Of a DNA stretch of 64,000 nucleotides, positions 58,081-64,000 are shown piece by piece; the first letter of the stretch is position 1; every line of letters starts with the position of its first letter. Source of the stretch: Eledone cirrhosa. Its lineage: Eukaryota. Under the pieces are notes generated by a model. That model was not told where the DNA came from, did not search any database, and saw only the letters and a list, made by a program, of their open reading frames with translations. The stretch is taken from the NCBI GenBank assembly GCA_964016885.1, contig OZ024743.1:41850001-41914000 (forward strand), in the 5' to 3' direction. The position numbers and the translations under genes were made by a program.

Positions 58081-60533
58081 ACACACTATAATGAAAACCC
58101 CCGGAGTCTTTCGAAATTTTACCATTCTATAACAAAGGCACTGACGTGAATTTATTTTTGATTAATATCATCAACATTTATATCCTTTATTAATGTTGTC
58201 TTAATGATTTACGAAAATAAAAATAAACATAGGATAAATATAGTAAGAAGAAAATCAGAGAATTGAAATAAAATAGATAAAAGAATAAACTATTCCCAAT
58301 AAAAGTCGTTGAATATGGAGTAGAAATAGTAAAGTTTATAAGAATAAGAATAAAAAAAAAAAATAATAAACAATGCACATATGATGCAATATTTTCTGAT
58401 TCTACTATGTATAAGAAGACATATTGTAATGCAATTTCTCCGTTAATTAAATCTTCTACAGAAACGAAAAGTGACATATTTATGATAAATAATCGGAATC
58501 TTTAACGGTGCCAATTTTTTCTTCCCTACATCTTTTGATCGCTGTGAAACGAAAACAAAAATATTATTTTAGTTTTATCTGGAATATGACGTCAACTGGA
58601 AATCAAATGTGATCATCGCTTTCAAGAAATGTTAATGTCTCTTGTCACAAAACTTTCCTTAAATTTTATGTTCCGCACATATTCGGTTTTCCTTTTTATC
58701 CAGTAGCTTTAGAATTATGAATATTAAATAAATTAGCAAGAGCATATAGCATAAAAAGAAATAACTTAACCTAGTAAAAGATGAGAAATCATTCTGGTAA
58801 AGAACATATTGCAAAATTTTGATATGTAGGTCATTTGCTTCATATACAATCGGTTACTAGAGGCTATTATGTCTTATCTACGAGTGCGTGATAACTATCA
58901 CGAAAGGGTTGCAGTATATTTAACATGAGGTAATGTTAGTATCATATAATGTAAGGACGTTCGCCAGTGCCGAGGATGGGCGTTCCAGTTGCTTGGGAAA
59001 TTAAGTCGGCTAGGCTGTCTGTAGTGCAAATCGGCTCTGGTTGACATGAAAATACGGAATTATAACATGAGGTAATATTAATGTTATAGAATGCATAAAC
59101 TTCCGTCGCTATGGAGGTTGAATGTTCCAGATGTTCGAACAATGGCTAGTGATGTCGGGAAATTAACATGAAAGCGGCTGTGCATGTCAAATACAAGATG
59201 ATTCAGCGTCACACAATTGATGGCACGGCTGTTCCATTGAATTACTGTCACAATCAATATATCAAACGTTTAAACACTATTGTGTTCGTGTATACCTGTA
59301 TGTAGATGACCTCCTACCGGCACACAAAGAATCGTGTCTTGATACAGTAAATTATAACAGACCAGCTAAGTATTATTTCTTATATTAGACACATGCTGAT
59401 AACATTTTTAATCTAATGGAATGTGTCAAACATAATAGACAATATAATCTAATTAATTAGATTACTTAATCAATATTTCGTTCAAATATATTGATTAATT
59501 TGCATACATATTTGACTTTGCATCATTTCTTTAATCATTTCTTTAATAATTTCTTTAATCGTTGACTTTAATCATTTCCCTACATCATTATTATATGCTG
59601 TATCATGTTGAAATATATGTAGATTTACTATACAAGGGTACAACAAAATGAAAGAAACATTAGTGTACGTTTTGGTGTAATCAAGTTCAGCATTATGAAA
59701 TACAGTAGCAATAGAGAAAGTGATTTTAATAATGTTTCCCTTGCGACCTGAAAGGTTGATTTGTTGGTGACCACATGATACATCGAATCGTATTGCCGAG
59801 ATATCATTTCAGACAGTCTTCTCTTACAGCACAGAAGGATACGCTGCACGTATTCTCAGCTAAATACATTCCAAGGCAACATTATAAAATCTTCACAACA
59901 AATCCACACAAACAAACGTACAACATTTGACATATAATTATTCGTTATTTGCAACGCAGATATTTCGTCTTCACAGTGACAGATTGAGATTGTTGAAAAC
60001 TTTCAATTGTAAGAGCTTTATATTATTTTGTTTGGAGAGATCGCATAATCAATTCCACTACATGTTTTGTATTTTCTGGTGAGCTTGCAAGAATGAGAAT
60101 CAGATTTTACCTGGGTAATTTTGAAATTATAATCTAAACAGTAACGTAACGCCTACAGTGTACGCCTAAAGTTATCAATTGGAAAATGCTAGAATGTAAC
60201 ATATGTACATATGCATTTGTAACATACACTCACAGAAACACACACAGAATATTAATTAAGAACGGCGCATATAAGTCCCCTGGAAAGAGAAAATACCCGT
60301 ACATTTCCGTTGTGGATGTTTGGCTAGGGATATGTGCCATGATAATAGTAAAAGATCTCGCAGAATTGAATGATAATGCAAAGGACTGTGTAAAGAAATG
60401 GGAAACTCTCAAATAACCACATGCTTTGAAGATACGCAAAGAAGAAGAAGTAAAAGATACGGCGAACGCTTCTAATTCCATTTTCAAATTCCCCGTACTA
60501 TCTTGCAAACAAACATTTTTGTTTATATAAATG

Positions 60534-60611
<78 letters not shown>

Positions 60612-60638
60612 ATATATATATATATATATAATATATAT

Positions 60639-60694
<56 letters not shown>

Positions 60695-60709
60695 AATATA
60701 TAGGAATAT

Positions 60710-62163
<1,454 letters not shown>

Positions 62164-64000
62164 ATTAATTATTTATTTATTTAAATATTGACCTGATGAA
62201 TAGTAAAGAAAACCTAAGAAAAGTTGTTTATTCATTAGATGCTAAAGAAATCAGTATTTAACGTTTCGGGCAACAGAGTTCTTCATAAGTTTGAGGGAGG
62301 ACAAAAGATAGAAAGGTAGAACAAAATTAAATTTGATTTCAATTTAAATCTTGTGTTGGCGGGCAACCGAAGCATACCCTATGCTTTTAGTGGTAAGAGG
62401 TAAACTCACGATGTTTCAGATCAGATATAGGAGAATTAGAAATATCAGAATTATATTTGAAATATCAAATTCTAGTAGCGAATAGAAAGCTAATAAGCAG
62501 TTTATCGTAATAATACTATCTTCTGGCGATTAATAACTGCATGCACTATTTCACTTCAACGACCCTCGTAATCGTTACTCAGTAAAAATGAGATACACTA
62601 TTACAGCAAACATATATTAGCAGTTAATTACTTCAATTATTATTTAGATATTAGAGTTTGCCTATTTCTGTATATGTCAGAGAGTATTTGTATTTGTGTT
62701 TCATAATTTTGTTAGAACCTCGTCAATTTGTTACAATCTACCGTCGTCTCTCTAATTATCTCTCCCACTCCAACTAATCAGTGTTGAATTTTAAATATGT
62801 CTAATACAAAGTTTTCTTTGGTGGTCTGAAACCCCTAATGAAATAATTTCAACATATACATTTAGGTACACTTAGCAGATGTATGTCTGACCCATTGCAT
62901 CGCAGCCTGGGCAAATGTCTACTACTATCACCTGTTTGATCAATTATTGAGAATGAAATTTGTCGAGGCTGGAGCTTCGAATTACAAATAAAATCCTCTC
63001 GGCTAGCTTCCATACAGTTTCCGTCTACCACAGTTTCACGAGGATTTTCCCAATATATAACGCAGTGGGACAACCCGGAAACTTGATGAATGCGACGCGA
63101 GCCTCTTAAGCTCTCAGCCATACCATCAAGCAAAATATGAACAATAATGTTGATGGCACGGCATTAACTAACGGTATTTAATTATTAACATACAGCAGTG
63201 GCAATAATCACAACAAATACAGTGTAGTGAGGTAAACACAATTGCCGACTACCACAACATAGAAATGAACCCGGTACATAGAGCTTGCTAATAAAACATC
63301 TAACCATTTTAGCCATACCAAATACATATAATCTGACTGATCTATGTATTCCGATATGTTGAAAATATATTTTCCTCAGTAAGTAAGTTTATATTAAGTT
63401 TCATATTCCTATATAAACATAACAGTTTGCAAGGCGTCCTGTTAGATTTTCAGCACAACTATCAGGAATGTAAGTGAAGTCATATAATACGATTCGTTGT
63501 GTCTCCACTACCAATGAATGTATTGATAGTTCATATCCTCTGGACATAAAACCAGTAAATGATTTCTTGTAACGGCGTCAGAATTATATGTTGTTCGGCA
63601 GGAGCCGGAAGACATATTAACATATGTGTCCATATATCTTTATATATCTTTACAATGCTGTACCGTTTATCGCCTGCCATGTATAACTTCTACGGAAACA
63701 CTAAACATTCCTAGCAAGTGTGGCATGAGTTATTTAGTAGACGTAATGCCCCAACGCAGTTTTGCTTACAATATTTCGTTACATTGTGTATACCAGAGAT
63801 GAAAGGACAAACCGATATTAAACGTAACACAGACTATGGCTATAAAATATAACATATATTCGATCATCTGTTGAACTCAGATGCAAACACACACGTATAC
63901 ATTCATAAACAATTGTGTATATATATATAAATATGTGTGTATGTGTGTGTATGTGTGTGTGTGTGTGTGTGTGTGTACGGATGTACAAACTGCAGACAGA

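Noticed and set aside
58900-60510. Short ORFs in unique DNA as host exons
   Set aside because: No recognisable domain or consistent splice signals and frames.

Overview
AT-rich eukaryotic DNA full of microsatellites, with no recognisable host gene. The SINE family and the (TA)n/(CA)n load suggest an octopod cephalopod (inference). The window is mostly decayed transposons: several Penelope-like elements (PLEs, including Naiad-type RT/GIY-YIG copies) and many PLE pseudo-LTR (pLTR) remnants carrying type I hammerhead ribozyme (HHR) motifs. It also holds RTE, R4/Dong-like, CRE-like and a near full-length L1/Tx1-like LINE, one mariner, one hAT, about nine copies of a tRNA-derived SINE (all on the minus strand) and a 200-N gap. 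The most notable pattern is a recurring short element, seen in at least five families with no obvious sequence similarity: (TA)n - short inverted arm - fold-back axis at or next to the HHR core - long arm with extra tail - (TA)n. Most ORFs in the supplied track are microsatellite translations.
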